DNA of 64,000 nucleotides from Batkoa obscura (Eukaryota): NCBI GenBank assembly GCA_030770535.1, contig JASVEC010000002.1, positions 1,736,001 to 1,800,000 of the forward strand, read 5' to 3'. Shown piece by piece: positions 1 to 13,057 of this stretch (position 1 is its first letter; each line of letters starts with the position of its first letter). The notes under the pieces were generated by a model. It saw only the letters and a program-made list of their open reading frames with translations, ran no database searches and was not told where the DNA came from. The position numbers and the translations under genes were made by a program.

Positions 1-791
1 TAGAGATCAAAGCACAATAGAAACTCTCCTCTAAATACAAAATAATACCTTAGCAGCCTTTTTAAATTCATGTCTATTCTACAACTTTTAGAGTCTTAAT
101 CTGAAAGTGGGATAAAAGTTTATTCTGTTTTTTTAAATGTATGTTTTTCATTTAGAATAATAGTTTAAATTCTCTCGAAAATAGCAACCCGTTTACTATT
201 ATTGTAATTTAAATGTGACTTTCCTTGCATAGTTTAAGAAAGTTATGATAATCTAAATGTAGATGTGGTTAATTAGATAGTTATTTATGACTATAGTTGA
301 TTTATAACAACCTTAAGTTACATAAGAAAGCCCATTTTATATGTTAATAGTAAAAAACCATATAAAAATAAAATAAAGTTTATTACAATTGTTGCAGTTC
401 TTTTGAGACATATTTAACTAATTATTTAAGAAAAAAATACATATTAAAATTAGGCTGAATTAAGGGCCAAGCTTAAAAATATTTGTACCAATAACTTAAT
501 TACAAAAAATAGCTCTAAAAAAGTCACAAAAGAAGCACAACAACTCTAAGAATAAACGCTTGCCCAAGTAAGATTACTCAAATAAAAATCTATTTGAATC
601 TTGGAGAATAACAAATGAAAAAAGAATAAGAGGTAGTTAACTGCTTAGTAACCAATTTAAAGCAATAAAATAATTTGAACTAAGTTTCTCGATAATTAAT
701 TGGATTAAGATTATCTAATAAAATTACACCAATAAAAAATATTTAGTAATAGTTGAGTAACCAAAATTTTTAAATTCATTCATTGTTGAAG

Positions 792-1601
792 ATGAGAGAT
801 AATTATATATTAAGAGTCCAAGTAGGCAACGTAAGTGATAAAAGTCAATGGGAAACAATTACTGTTAATGAAGAAAAAGATGGGCATTATTTAGAGAATG
901 ATTATTTCCAAGGTTATATCAAAGTAAGAATAGTTGATTATGATGGTTTACCAGTAAATTCAGAAACAAAAGAAACATTATATCCACAAAGTGATTATTT
1001 CCTAGATAGCAAAAGTAAATTTAGTGTTGAGTTTAAAGGAAAATTTAAACCTAGAAAGGGAGGCTGGAACGCTAATAAGATATTATTTGGTAATCAATTT
1101 GAAAAACAATTAAAGTTACCACCTTTAGTAGATATTGCTACTAAGTTTGCTACTTGGTATGATCCTGGATTAAAGATTGATTTACGAGCTGAAAAACCAT
1201 GGGCTTATTCCAAATTATTAGTAGCATTTAATAGACTTGACATCAACATCGATGATGATATAAAATTAAATAGCATGGCTAAAGTAAGAGAAAATACTTC
1301 GCTTATTTCAGGAATTAAAGAAGATGACGATGATAAAGCATTAAAAAAAAGACAACGATTTTTTTCAGATGAAAACAATGCTTCTAGAATCAATATTGAT
1401 GAGAACCTTACTTTACATGGAGATTTTTATAACGCTTATTTAGATTTTTCTAAACGCGGATTAGCTATTCCTTTCTTTACTTTAAACGTTATGGATTATT
1501 GGGATGGTCACGATCTTTCTTACTATTGCAAGTATGATGGTGATGAAGATATCGTATTTTTTGTAGTTTCGTTCCAACTAGCAGAAATTAATACCATTTA
1601 A
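792..1601 (+). CDS. DUF1769-like fungal conserved hypothetical protein (intronless)
   Basis: First ATG at 792 in the 783..1601 ORF. Motifs F.G.I.VRI.DY.G, YF....FS..F.G.F, ILFGNQFEK.L.LPP, DPGL..DL.AEKPWAYS.LL and YWDG..L.Y match the DUF1769 pattern as I recall it. Confidence 0.7.
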   Translation: MRDNYILRVQVGNVSDKSQWETITVNEEKDGHYLENDYFQGYIKVRIVDYDGLPVNSETKETLYPQSDYFLDSKSKFSVEFKGKFKPRKGGWNANKILFGNQFEKQLKLPPLVDIATKFATWYDPGLKIDLRAEKPWAYSKLLVAFNRLDINIDDDIKLNSMAKVRENTSLISGIKEDDDDKALKKRQRFFSDENNASRINIDENLTLHGDFYNAYLDFSKRGLAIPFFTLNVMDYWDGHDLSYYCKYDGDEDIVFFVVSFQLAEINTI

Positions 1602-2239
1602 TCCTTCATTTTTTATTTGGATAAAATAAGCTAATTAAACCTAATATTTGATTATATTTAATTTTTGAGCTTTGTGATAGATATTAACAAAGCAGTTTTT
1701 ATTTATTTATTCGATACTTTTTTATTCTATTTATGAATTTTAAACTTTTTACTAACTTTGTTAGAAGCTTTTCACATAGACAATCAAATAGAGTAACGAT
1801 TATAACTATATTAATAATGACTTGCAATATATTTTTATGACGAGTTTTGTAGTAGATGATAGAGTAGTGTTGATGTTTTAAATTTTTAATTCTATACTAT
1901 TAAAACTAGCATACTATGCAAAATATGTAAAAATACTCATTTATTTCAATGAGTATACTGATACATATTGTAATTAAATACATAGCTTATACTTATATAA
2001 TACTTGCTTATTCAATGATCCATTATGCTATATATGGTATTTTAGTTAATAAAAATTAATTACAGGATTTATTAATAAACTTTGAAAAAACAAACTTATG
2101 CTATCAATAGATTATGACAACCCATTAATTCATCGAATAAATTCTAAATAATGAGTTATAAGCAGTCAATTGCGATATTTTGAATTAAAGTAATTAAAGA
2201 TAAACATCAATTTTCATAAACCATCTTTATTAATGTCCT

Positions 2240-3118
2240 CTACTCTCTACTACGATAACGATTATGACTTTCCTTAGAGTGTCTTCTTTTACCATTCGTA
2301 TTTTTCCTATAAGATTTAAAAGATCTGTTACGGTGACGAGATTTAGTAGCGTCAAATAATCCTGGCCAGTTATTGCATTGTTTGGTATTTTCTTTATACT
2401 CGAAGCAGTCATAACCACCACCCCTTCTTCTTATCCAACAAGGTGGACAATTATGGCCTTCTACTAAAACATTACAAAGGTCACTATAACCACCACGATG
2501 ACATGCATCATAAGGATAAGCAGAATCAGAGTTGTCATCAGTTACAGTTGGTCTAGCTTTTTTATCAGAATTAACTAGCTTGATTTCAACATCCTTTGAT
2601 ACATTAACTTGATTATTTTGGTTTTGTGCCGGATTCGAAGAAACAGTTTGGCCTCTATCTACATCAAATAAACCGGGCCAGTTATCGCATTTTTGGGTAC
2701 CTTGCATGTATTCGTAGCAGTGGTATTTATCTCCTTGTTGAATCCAACAAGGCGGACATTTTTTAAGAGTTATATCGCAGATATAACCCATACCGGCACG
2801 ATCACATGTTTGTGCAGGGTGTTTAACATTGGTTGATGGGACATAACCATTTGGGTTTTTATGAATATCAAACATACCAGGCCATTCATCACATTGTGTA
2901 CCAGTTTTATACTCATAACAGTCATATTTACCAGCATTTTCTATCCAACATGGTGGTACGCTAGGGTTACTTTTCTGAACCCAGTCGTATACATTCGCTC
3001 TTAAACATTTATTAATATCTGGCTTTACAGCATCCCTAAGAATAAGTCGTTGAGCTAAGATAGAGTCAACTAAGGTAAGGCCAAAGATAAATGAAGTATA
3101 AGATAAAGTGGATTTCAT
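2240..3118 (-). CDS. Secreted Cys/Trp-rich repeat protein, three modules plus basic tail (family member 1)
   Basis: Hydrophobic N-terminus MKSTLSYTSFIFGLTLVDSILA. Three copies of PPCWI-x4-6-Y-x-C-[YF]-EY-x5-6-C-x-x-WPG[ML]FD. Homologous to the ORFs at 9611, 12143, 20480 and 23455. Confidence 0.85.
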   Translation of the reverse strand: MKSTLSYTSFIFGLTLVDSILAQRLILRDAVKPDINKCLRANVYDWVQKSNPSVPPCWIENAGKYDCYEYKTGTQCDEWPGMFDIHKNPNGYVPSTNVKHPAQTCDRAGMGYICDITLKKCPPCWIQQGDKYHCYEYMQGTQKCDNWPGLFDVDRGQTVSSNPAQNQNNQVNVSKDVEIKLVNSDKKARPTVTDDNSDSAYPYDACHRGGYSDLCNVLVEGHNCPPCWIRRRGGGYDCFEYKENTKQCNNWPGLFDATKSRHRNRSFKSYRKNTNGKRRHSKESHNRYRSRE

Positions 3119-3360
3119 ATTAAATAACTTTCAAAGTTAATGGTTTTTATTTAAACTTATAGTCCAAAATTGTATTCATTCCATATTTATAGTTGAGTTA
3201 GCACTTTATAGATAAATTATTTTTAGAAATAAAAAACCTTTTTAATTAATTCGGATTATTATGTTCCTAATTATTATATTACATATTCCCCTCCTAATAA
3301 AATTGAGTTCTTTTATTTTACTAATTTAGTCATCAATTAACACCGAATTATTTAATATAT

Positions 3361-3457
3361 AAAGATGTTTTTTGGTTTCATTACTTTTTCCATCTTTTAA
3401 GCACTATTTGGGTGGAAAGATTGTTAGTAAAATTCCTAAACACAAAAACACATCTCC
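3361..3457 (+). mobile_element. ~97-bp MITE family A copy
   Basis: Matches the family consensus GGGGATGTTTTTTTGRTTTCATTACTTTTTCCATTTTTTAAGCGCTATTTGAGTGGAAAGATTGTTAGTAAAATTCTTAAACACAAAAATACATCCCC; ATAT on both flanks. Confidence 0.8.
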
Positions 3458-4248
3458 ATATAATATGAGTATTAAAGCTAAAGCCTAAAAGTATTCATAG
3501 TTTAAATGTTATGTATTAACTAATTGTATTATATCATTATTCAAAAATACATGATTTTTTTATACATTTGATAATTTAGATCACTAAATTTTAATGATTT
3601 TAAAATATTATATATTAAATTACAATACGATAGTTTTTATTTTGTTATGTAAAGGTTATCAATTTATAACGATTTGATCATTAGTTTATAAATCAAGTTT
3701 CTATATAACATTTACTTAGACATTTCTTAATATTTAAAACACAATAAATCCCATTATGTTTTAGTAGGTATTTCCAACTTTTATAAAAAAACATCAATTT
3801 AAAAGAAACAAATAGAATATCTTATAATTTTATAAAATAATCAAAATGAGACTTCATTGTTTTCTGTTCTTGTAAAACAATTTACTTTTTTATTTGTTTA
3901 AAAATATCATTTTTAATATTATACATTAATACATAGTTTTGTATATTGATAAATTTGGATAGCTATACTCATTATGCTCACATATAAAGATGAAACACTA
4001 ATAATTTTAATACAAATTTCTATATTATAACGATTTTAATTAACAACAATAATGGACTAATATATGAAACTACAATTGATTAGAAAATAAATTGTTTGCA
4101 ATACATTTAATAAATTTAAACATCAAAAACTAAATTATTGTAGTATTAATATAATAATGGCTTTTATTTCGATGATTCATCCCACTTTTAAATAGTAAAA
4201 AAACTGAACGACTTGGTGATTAAATTTTTATACAAGACGTTGATACAT

Positions 4249-4344
4249 GGGGACATTCTTTTTTATCTCATCGCTTTTTTCATCTTTTATGCATTATTTG
4301 AGCAGATTATTGTAAATTTAAATTATTAAAAAATGGACACCTCC
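4249..4344 (+). mobile_element. MITE family A copy, degenerate
   Basis: GGGGACAT..TCTCATCGCTTTTTTCATCTTTTATGCATTATTTGAGC..ACACCTCC aligns loosely to the consensus. Confidence 0.5.
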
Positions 4345-4411
4345 TATGTTAAAAATAGCTCTAAGAGCTTTCTATTTAAACCAAAAGAAAGAGTTCAATA
4401 AGTGAACAAAA

Positions 4412-4493
4412 TGTCAACTGTGGGGTTCGAACCCACGCCTCTCTCGAGATTGCATCTTAAGTGCAACGCCTTAGACCGCTCGGCCAAATTGAC
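4412..4493 (-). tRNA. tRNA-Leu(TAA)
   Basis: Reverse complement is GTCAATTTGGCCGAGCGGTCTAAGGCG-TTGCA CT TAA GA TGCAA-long variable arm-GTGGGTTCGAACCCCACAGTTGACA. Confidence 0.97.
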
Positions 4494-4583
4494 TTATTGT
4501 CAGATGTAGTGTAATGTATTTAATATAATAAAATTACAGACCAAAAAGGTTTATTGATAACAAAATGATAATATAACAAAAAA

Positions 4584-7500
4584 TCAAAGGCTATTTAAAT
4601 TGACACCTTGTAACAAGGATGCAATATCAACGGATGGAGCAAGGATAGGGAAATTGGTAGCTTTTATATTCTTTATAAATAAAGATAATTTTTGATTAAA
4701 AGCATCTTTACTACTTGAAGACAAATCTTTGGTCATATGCTTATGTAATTCATCAAGCTCCTATAAATAAGATATTAAAATTAAGTGAATAAATACAATG
4801 ATAACTTCATACAGTCTTCAATTTAGGTTGAAATTCATAAACCTGGGCGCTAATTAGTTTATCTGAAAATTCTGGGAAAAACTACAAAATTATATAAGAA
4901 ATGCTATTTAAGTTTATAAAAATAACAGCTTACATTAAAATCTAAAATTACAATAGGAAGGATAGCTCTTGAGAAATACCACCCATTTATGAGGGAACTT
5001 AATAGCAATTGTAAAAATAATAATTCCAATGTTTTTCCTAATCTCTTGGGATTGTCTCTATAAAATTTATGGACTGGTGATTCAAGGTCAGGGTAATTAT
5101 ATAATCTAGTTGCAATTGATTCTATTGATCTACAACATTGATTTACTATTTGTATATTATTCGTTTGAATACCATTTTCCAAGCTTTGATGAATAATATC
5201 TTCTACACCTTCTACTTTTTTCTTTATATCAATCCAATTATCTATAACTATTGTTTCCAATAAGGAATAATAAGTGGCCTGTAACTTAGGATATAACTAT
5301 ATATAACTATTAATATTAATTTGGTGAATAAAGAATCAATATTACATTAAGTTGGTTTAGTTGTAAGCTAACTAAAACTTTAAAATAACTATTCAAGACT
5401 TCTTTAACAGTGGTATCTTTATAAACTTTAAAAACCCCAAAACATACGTACGAACCACCAAATAGTCTATGTAAAATCATAAAGTATAACCGAATGATTT
5501 TTACTCTTTTGACTTCATTTAATCCAACACTATCATTTAACCATTTTAATATTTTATTTCCTATTATTTATTGATATTTATTAATATTTATTAATAATAT
5601 GATATAATATATAACATAATAACATTAATTTAATTACCTATATGGCATAAAATAGGACTAAATAATTTAATAAAAGTTAATTTATACAATTAATATATAT
5701 TAATAATAAAATTACCCAAATTCTTTAAATAAAATAACACCATTTGCTGATGCAACTGGAAATAATAATCTTTGTGAACGATTATAACACATTTCTCTAA
5801 ATAATTTGCAAGTTGAATGAATAGTTGAATATGATTCAATTGAATCATTTTCATGATTTAAAAGAATTATAAATGGATCAGAAAATAATCTAAAATAGTT
5901 TGGGAAAAACCATTCATAAATATAACAAAATTGTTGTCTCTGAGTTAATGAAATAAACATTCCTTCAAAATCTCGTGCTAGTCCACTTAATGAAAACACT
6001 TTTGCTGTAGTTAATTCAAATGAATTTTTATGAGCTAATAATTGTTGTTCAAAACAAACTTTAAAATTATTATCGAATATTGTTTCAACTTGGTTATTAT
6101 TTAATAATAACAATTTAATTAAACAGCTATAAAATTGAGAACGATATTTTAAATGAAAATTATTATTCATAAATGGATAATGATCTGGACCATGGTAATT
6201 TAACATATGATTAACTATATTACTATTTTTTAATTTCTGCGAAATTGCATATGAATTGGTTAATTTAACTAATACTTGTATTGAACTAACAATTATATTT
6301 GAAGAATCATTATAAATACTAGTTAAATTGATATAAATTCGATTCACCATTGCTTCTAATATTGCTTCTACACCATCTAAACTATTATTATCTTTTAATC
6401 TTTGAACTACAACATTAACTTTATACCCACTATCACTTAAATAGGTATCTTGTAATTTTCCAAAAAAGTATAAAAAACCCTTGCCTAAATTTTGTTGACT
6501 TTCGCGATTCATAAGATTATTATTCTATTTAAATTATATATAAGTATTTAAATTCTATTTAATAATTTGGTTATTACTCTTGTAAGAAGTGCTTGATTTA
6601 AAAGCAATAATGAAAACATTCTACTACATAATTCCGCATCTGCTTTGTTATCTTCATCTAAAGAATGATATGTCTAAACAAATTTAACATTTAGTTAATA
6701 TCTATAAAGCTATAGCAATCAAAATTACTACTCTTACTGCCAAAAAGGCACCAACAATATGAGAAAACCAAGCCAATTTAGAATGCAAAAGGTCAACTGT
6801 ATTTAAATCAATATTGCTACTATTTATAACATTCTAAATAATAAGTTAATTTATTATTATTCAATCAAACAAAATTACTTGATATTCAAAAAATATTGGA
6901 TCAAAATTCTTCAATAAAATATCTTTACTTAAAGTATAACGATATCTGGCAATAGTGCATAATGCTTCTAAACTTTCATGAATATGTTCTTGTGAACATA
7001 ATAAATCTAAAATAAAAATTGTTATATATATCATACAAAATAGAATAAAATTACCTTCAAAACTAGAATCTCCACTATAAATTTCATCAGTAGCTTTTAA
7101 TCTATAATCCAAAAATATACTAAAGATCTAAAATAAAATTGAATATATTAAAATAAAATAAAGTAATTAATTAATAAATTAATGTTTACCTCAGTAGGAA
7201 ACATATGAAAATCTAAATGGTGATGTGATGAATTTGATGGAGAAGAAGGTTGAATGAAGTTCCAGGAAGATTCAACTAATTTTACCCATGTACGCAATAT
7301 ATAATGAACTGAATTAGGATAAGACTAGATAATAAAATATATTAAAACATATTAAAATGATGGGTTAAAAATTATCACCTCCCATTTTTGCATACTGATC
7401 TTACTAAAATGCCAATATGCAACAATAAACCTATTTATTAAAATATTATTAATATTGTTCTATATTTATTATGTTATTAGATTACCTATAATATACAGTT

Positions 7501-8771
7501 GTATTAGTAATATTTTGTAAATGATGAACTGAACGAAATCTACAGATAGCTCTTGCGACAGTATGGTGGTTATCTATATCATCCAGATTTAAACCATTTT
7601 CCAATAAATGATTAAAGTTATTTAAAATATTAGTAGTAAAATCAATAATTTCTTTATCATTTAATAGACTCTTTCTTAAAGTTAATAATGAAATCATAGC
7701 ATCAATACTCAAATGAGATAATGGTGTTCTTAATTTACTATATAAATAAAAAAACCCATTACAAAATTTTTCATCTATTAATGTAATTTTCCAATCTCTT
7801 GGAAACTAAATAGTTTGTTTTGTTAAGATTATATTATAATAAATAGTAAATAATAAAATGGTTACTTGAGTTGAGCCGGAATCATCTTCAGATGGATCGC
7901 CATGTGAGCCCATGAAATCAAAGGTTAAAAACCCTTTTAAACAAAGTAATAACTCTTCGACATAAGATAAATTATATTCTTCAACTAAACAATATAAAAT
8001 ACTAATTGATTATTATAATGTTTTTACCATATGAGAATTCCGAAAAATTTATTAGATCATAAAACATTCCCAATACCAATTCAAATAATCCAAACATTGG
8101 TCCATCTCTAAAATCATTGACCATTCGTCGATTATTTAAGTGCTCTTCTTCATCTATTATCCTTAAGAACTCAATTAATAATATCATTCCTATCTTTTTA
8201 TGTCCATAATCTCCCTGATTTTAATTTAAAATAAAATTATTAATAACAATGTGATTATAATTACCATTAAAAATTGATTTAAATCTTCAGTTATCCCTGG
8301 GCTGAGCACTTTATAATTTGATTTAATAATAATGGCATACATTATGGCCATATTTGTAGTCAAAAATTTACTACTATTTCTTCTAAAATATATAGTCTCC
8401 AATATTCCTTTTTCTATATATTCATATGTTATTATTGTATCAGAAGATTATTATATATATTTACTTAATTCGTCTAATTTTTCTGGTTTTAATAAAGTAA
8501 CAATGGTTTGAATATCTTTAATAAATCTCGAAGAACAATACATATCTAGGTAAGCATTGTTTCCTCCATTATTATTAATAGCTCTTAATAAAAATTGAGA
8601 ATAATCCCACACATCTTGACTAGCATTACTATCTTGAAGTTGAATTTCAGGTAATATCACACTTAATTGTAATTCGCTTTTTTGTCTTTCCGCTAAGCTA
8701 GAAGCTGTATAAAGTATTTGAGCATACTCAATTATTAATCGAATTTTTTCGTTTATATTATATATATCCAT
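4584..8771 (-). CDS. Exportin-7 / Ran-binding protein 16/17-like importin-beta family protein (multi-exon)
   Basis: Series of minus-strand exons with GT-AG introns. Motifs FRDGPMFGLF, CLKGFLTFDFMGSHGDPSEDDSGSTQ.P..W, LARDFEGMF, FREMCYNRSQRLLFPVASANGVILFKE and FSRAILPIV are typical of XPO7. Last exon ends ..GVNLNSL* at 4584. Confidence 0.85.
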
Positions 8772-9287
8772 TATGTATTAAAATTTCGATATAAAAGTTG
8801 ATAAAACAATAGGAGTTTAAATTTTTAACTTTGCTTTCGTATGTTTTTAGTAAATGAAAAACTTAGTGGGCCAATCATTATGATTATTCTTACTTGGGTG
8901 CCATCCATAGTATCAAATTAACTAAAGTTATTTGTTAAATATTTCATGAAAAACTATTGTTTTAAAGCAAAATTTTTACCCCAGAACATTTATGATAAGA
9001 TTATTGGGAAGTAGAAGTACAATTTTAAATAGTTTTACCGGTTTAAACTCATCTAGTTTAAAGTCCAATTTTTAAATTTCCTTAAATGATAATCAAGTAA
9101 AGAAAGCAACATATTTCTATAAAACAGTAACAACAATAGACTTATAAAGCATATATTAACAAAAGTGTATCTTTTTTGAACAATAATGTAAAAAACTAAT
9201 AAACTATTATCAATAAAATAAATACCATACCTATTGCTATTAAAAAATAAAATATATAAAATATATCATGATTTATGATCATAACTT

Positions 9288-9369
9288 GTCAATTTGGCCG
9301 AGCGGTCTAAGGCGTTGCACTTAAGATGCAATCTCGAGAGAGGCGTGGGTTCGAACCCCACAGTTGACA
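9288..9369 (+). tRNA. tRNA-Leu(TAA), identical to the copy at 4412
   Basis: Same 82-nt cloverleaf sequence, on the plus strand. Confidence 0.97.
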
Positions 9370-9610
9370 AATAATATTTTGGTTTTACTATCTCTTAGTT
9401 AAATTCTCTAAGCCAAAGCATATATTTTTTAAGAAACGATTTTTATTGATGGTTTATATCATTCTAAGGACAAAATGTCCATTTGCTATATCAACATACT
9501 ATTCAAATAAAATATCAATATATTAAAGCGTAAAGTAATAAAAGTTATATTTGATTTACATTTTTATTTTATTTTACAAAATTAACAAGTTAGAAAGCAA
9601 CATAAACAAA

Positions 9611-10063
9611 TTATTGAGAGATATCAATCATTCCACCCCATGGACATTTACCACTAGATTTAACATAACAGTCATATTTGTTACCATTCTTTACCCAACA
9701 ATCTGGGCATTTTTCTTTTTTAGTATTACATAAAGTACCCATGTTACCATGATCACAAGTTTCAGCTGGTGGACCACCATGTTGTTGATTATGAATATCA
9801 AACATACCAGCCCAATTATCACATTTTTTGGTATTTTTATCAGCATATTCATAACAATCAAATTTACCACCATTTTCAATCCAACATGGTGGTACGTTAG
9901 CATCATTGATATTAGCCCATCCATAAGCTGAGTTATTAGCTTTCAAGCATTTATCTTTAGGAGCTTCACGTTTGAAGACATGCTTTAAAGCATTTTTGAA
10001 GGAGAAAGCTTCAGCACAGGAAGCAGCAATGAGGATAGCAGAGATAGCAATAGTAGATTTCAT
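9611..10063 (-). CDS. Secreted Cys/Trp-rich two-module protein (family member 2)
   Basis: Signal MKSTIAISAILIAASCAEA, then FSFKNALKHVFKR ending in a dibasic site, then a 4-Cys module and a 6-Cys module. TATAAATA upstream. Confidence 0.9.
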   Translation of the reverse strand: MKSTIAISAILIAASCAEAFSFKNALKHVFKREAPKDKCLKANNSAYGWANINDANVPPCWIENGGKFDCYEYADKNTKKCDNWAGMFDIHNQQHGGPPAETCDHGNMGTLCNTKKEKCPDCWVKNGNKYDCYVKSSGKCPWGGMIDISQ

Positions 10064-10584
10064 TTTATATAGACAAATGTAAAGAGATAATACAAGTTAA
10101 GTTTATGCTTGATTTAAATTGGATACTGTATTATTGTTAAGACTTCAAGCTATTTATACTATTTTCAATTACTTTGACGGAATTTTATGGACAAATTTAT
10201 GTTATCTTCTGTTAAATTTCCAACTTTTTGTATGTTCTTAAACTTTTAAAATAACTCCTAAGAATAAACTATGACAAGAATGATCCAATAATGCTGTTCC
10301 TATTTATTCAACCCTGTCAGTAGCGGCAAATCGGCTACATGAATAATGTAAATAGGTGTTATTTTTTTCGTTAATTGGATTCATGTATATCCTTTTGTTT
10401 GATATTTATCCATGTTTTTATTTATTGTATTTTTTATCTTTTATTAAACTTTACCCAGCAGCATGTAATTGAAGGGTTTAAAGTTTATTTTGGGAATATT
10501 TAGTTTAAATAGCGGGAAAAATTGATGCATATTTTGATATGACTTTTGTTATTTTATCCATAAGTCAACATAAATTTAAAATAT

Positions 10585-10665
10585 GGGGCTGTATTTTTTT
10601 GTTTAAGAATTTTACTAACAATCTTTACACTCAAATAGTGCTTAAAAGAAGATAAAAAAGATAAC
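10585..10665 (-). mobile_element. MITE family A copy, partial
   Basis: GGGGCTGTATTTTTTTGTTTAAGAATTTTACTAACAATCTTTACACTCAAATAGTGCTTAAAAG is the reverse consensus; the other end has decayed. Confidence 0.7.
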
Positions 10666-11158
10666 TTTTTTCTTTGATAGTAAATTTTCAAAGTTATAGA
10701 TTTTTGAAATTTTGATTTGTTTCAACTAAACAGTCTATAAATCATTATCAACGATATCATAGTTTAAATAATTCGAACATATCAAAAATAAAATACATTA
10801 AATGAGCTTTTCAATACTATCACTAATTCCTACTATTGATATTAGATCATTTTTATACTTTATTAATTAAGAATTAGTTCAAATATAAAAACTAAAAAAT
10901 TGATAATAGAGTGATTTTTAAATTATCGCAATATTATATTATAAAAGATGGAAAAAATTGAGGGAAATATAAGTAGCTTGAAGATAAAGGTAATGTGTTA
11001 GTATTTTAGCTTCTATATTTAAACCCTTGATCATAATGTTAAATACATTAACACTGTAAATGAAGAGTCAGAGGTGACTATTAAATCAGGTGTTATAATT
11101 AGTAGTGAAATACTTCTCCACTTCCTGGATTTAAAAGCCATACATTGGATTAATACGT

Positions 11159-11255
11159 GGGGGTGTTTTTTTAACTTCATTACTTTTTCCATCTTTTAGT
11201 GCTATTTGAGTGGAAAATTTGTTAGTAAAGTTCTTAAAAGCAGAAAAACATCTCC
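11159..11255 (+). mobile_element. MITE family A copy
   Basis: Consensus match; flanks ACGT/ACAT. Confidence 0.8.
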
Positions 11256-12142
11256 ACATGATGCCAAGGCAATTAAACAAAATATTTAAAAATACTATAT
11301 AATGGGTTAAGTAAGAAGTTTAATTATATAAAGGATACTTAACCAAATGTATAATACTATAAAGAAAGCCATAAATGATAATGAAATATAATTATATAAA
11401 TAGTTTTTTCAATTTTAATTTTTTTTTAAATTATGTTGAGTTTGATATCAATAACTAGTTCAACTAATTTATACCGAATTTCTCCTTAAAAAATAAAACA
11501 AAATCACCTTTAAATCACAAGCTTTTCTGTAAATAAGAAAACGTGCAATAATTATATTGATTTTGCTATAGCTCTATGCAGTAAAGCAAATCAATTAATA
11601 AAGGTTAGCAGTCAACATTTGTAAATTTTATTTAACTAATCAAATTGTTTTAGTTTTATGTTCAGTATTATTTGGCCAATCATGATACCTTAGCTTTTTT
11701 ATTCACCATATATAAACCAAATTTAAAATTCAATAACTGTATGTAAATCTATAGTTATAATTGATAATTTCAAGTTAGACTTTAATAGGACTTGTGAATT
11801 TAAAAATGTAAAATGTAATATTATTTGCTTAATCTATAATAATTATAAAACTAATAATAGTTAACATTAAGACAATAGTATCAATATATATTATATGATA
11901 ATAAGTTATTATCATAGTTTAATGGTTTTAAACAATAGTTCTATTAATTTCTCACAATTATGAAAATTTGGAAAAATGATTTAAATTGACCGTGCTAAAT
12001 CAGCTATAAATTTGTCCATAAAATTCCGTCAAAGTAATTGAAAATAGTATAAATAGCTTGAAGTCTTAACAATAATACAGTATCCAATTTAAATCAAGCA
12101 TAAACTTAACTTGTATTATCTCTTTACATTTGTCTATATAAA

Positions 12143-12595
12143 ATGAAATCTACTATTGCTATCTCTGCTATCCTCATTGCTGCTTCCTGTGCTGAAGCTT
12201 TCTCCTTCAAAAATGCTTTAAAGCATGTCTTCAAACGTGAAGCTCCTAAAGATAAATGCTTGAAAGCTAATAACTCAGCTTATGGATGGGCTAATATCAA
12301 TGATGCTAACGTACCACCATGTTGGATTGAAAATGGTGGTAAATTTGATTGTTATGAATATGCTGATAAAAATACCAAAAAATGTGATAATTGGGCTGGT
12401 ATGTTTGATATTCATAATCAACAACATGGTGGTCCACCAGCTGAAACTTGTGATCATGGTAACATGGGTACTTTATGTAATACTAAAAAAGAAAAATGCC
12501 CAGATTGTTGGGTAAAGAATGGTAACAAATATGACTGTTATGTTAAATCTAGTGGTAAATGTCCATGGGGTGGAATGATTGATATCTCTCAATAA
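12143..12595 (+). CDS. Secreted Cys/Trp-rich two-module protein (family member 3, identical to member 2)
   Basis: Identical 150-aa translation, in the other arm of the inverted repeat. Confidence 0.9.
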   Translation: MKSTIAISAILIAASCAEAFSFKNALKHVFKREAPKDKCLKANNSAYGWANINDANVPPCWIENGGKFDCYEYADKNTKKCDNWAGMFDIHNQQHGGPPAETCDHGNMGTLCNTKKEKCPDCWVKNGNKYDCYVKSSGKCPWGGMIDISQ

Positions 12596-13057
12596 TTTGT
12601 TTATGTTGCTTTCTAACTTGTTAATTTTGTAAAATAAAATAAAAATGTAAATCAAATATAACTTTTATTACTTTACGCTTTAATACATCTAGTGTTTTTA
12701 ATAAAACATTAAAGTAATTAATCAAGTTGCTACTTTAAAAAGAATATTGTTAATCTGGTTTATTATTTGAGCACTATATACTAAATTAAGTTCTCTCTAA
12801 TGAATGTATGTTTCATACTGTCTTTCTTTACACTTAATAAGCTTTTAGCTTTTTATTCTTAAACATAGCAATTTGTTAAATCTGTTGCTTATATTGAATT
12901 AAACTACAGCTTTAATTTTAAAAGTTTGTTAGTTAAATCTAAAATATAATTTTATTTATTGGTAGATTAATGCATAGCATGAATAGAGAATAAAGTGCAC
13001 AAAAATAGTTTTCAATAATTTTTCTTAATTTAATTCCTATTACAAAACAAAAAAAAA

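Larger units (their letters stand above)
9521..12685. repeat. 680-bp inverted repeat (9521-10200 and 12006-12685) with 1805-bp spacer
   Basis: Arms read as exact reverse complements including promoter, CDS and 3' UTR. The ORF track gives identical translations for both arms. Confidence 0.95.

Noticed and set aside
9551..12655. Alternative-frame and antisense ORFs over the Cys-rich genes (9551, 9691, 9749, 12275, 12282, 12473; also 2230, 20263, 20601, 23397, 23422, 23606)
   Set aside because: Shadow frames of real genes. Their recurrence follows from the duplication and codon bias.
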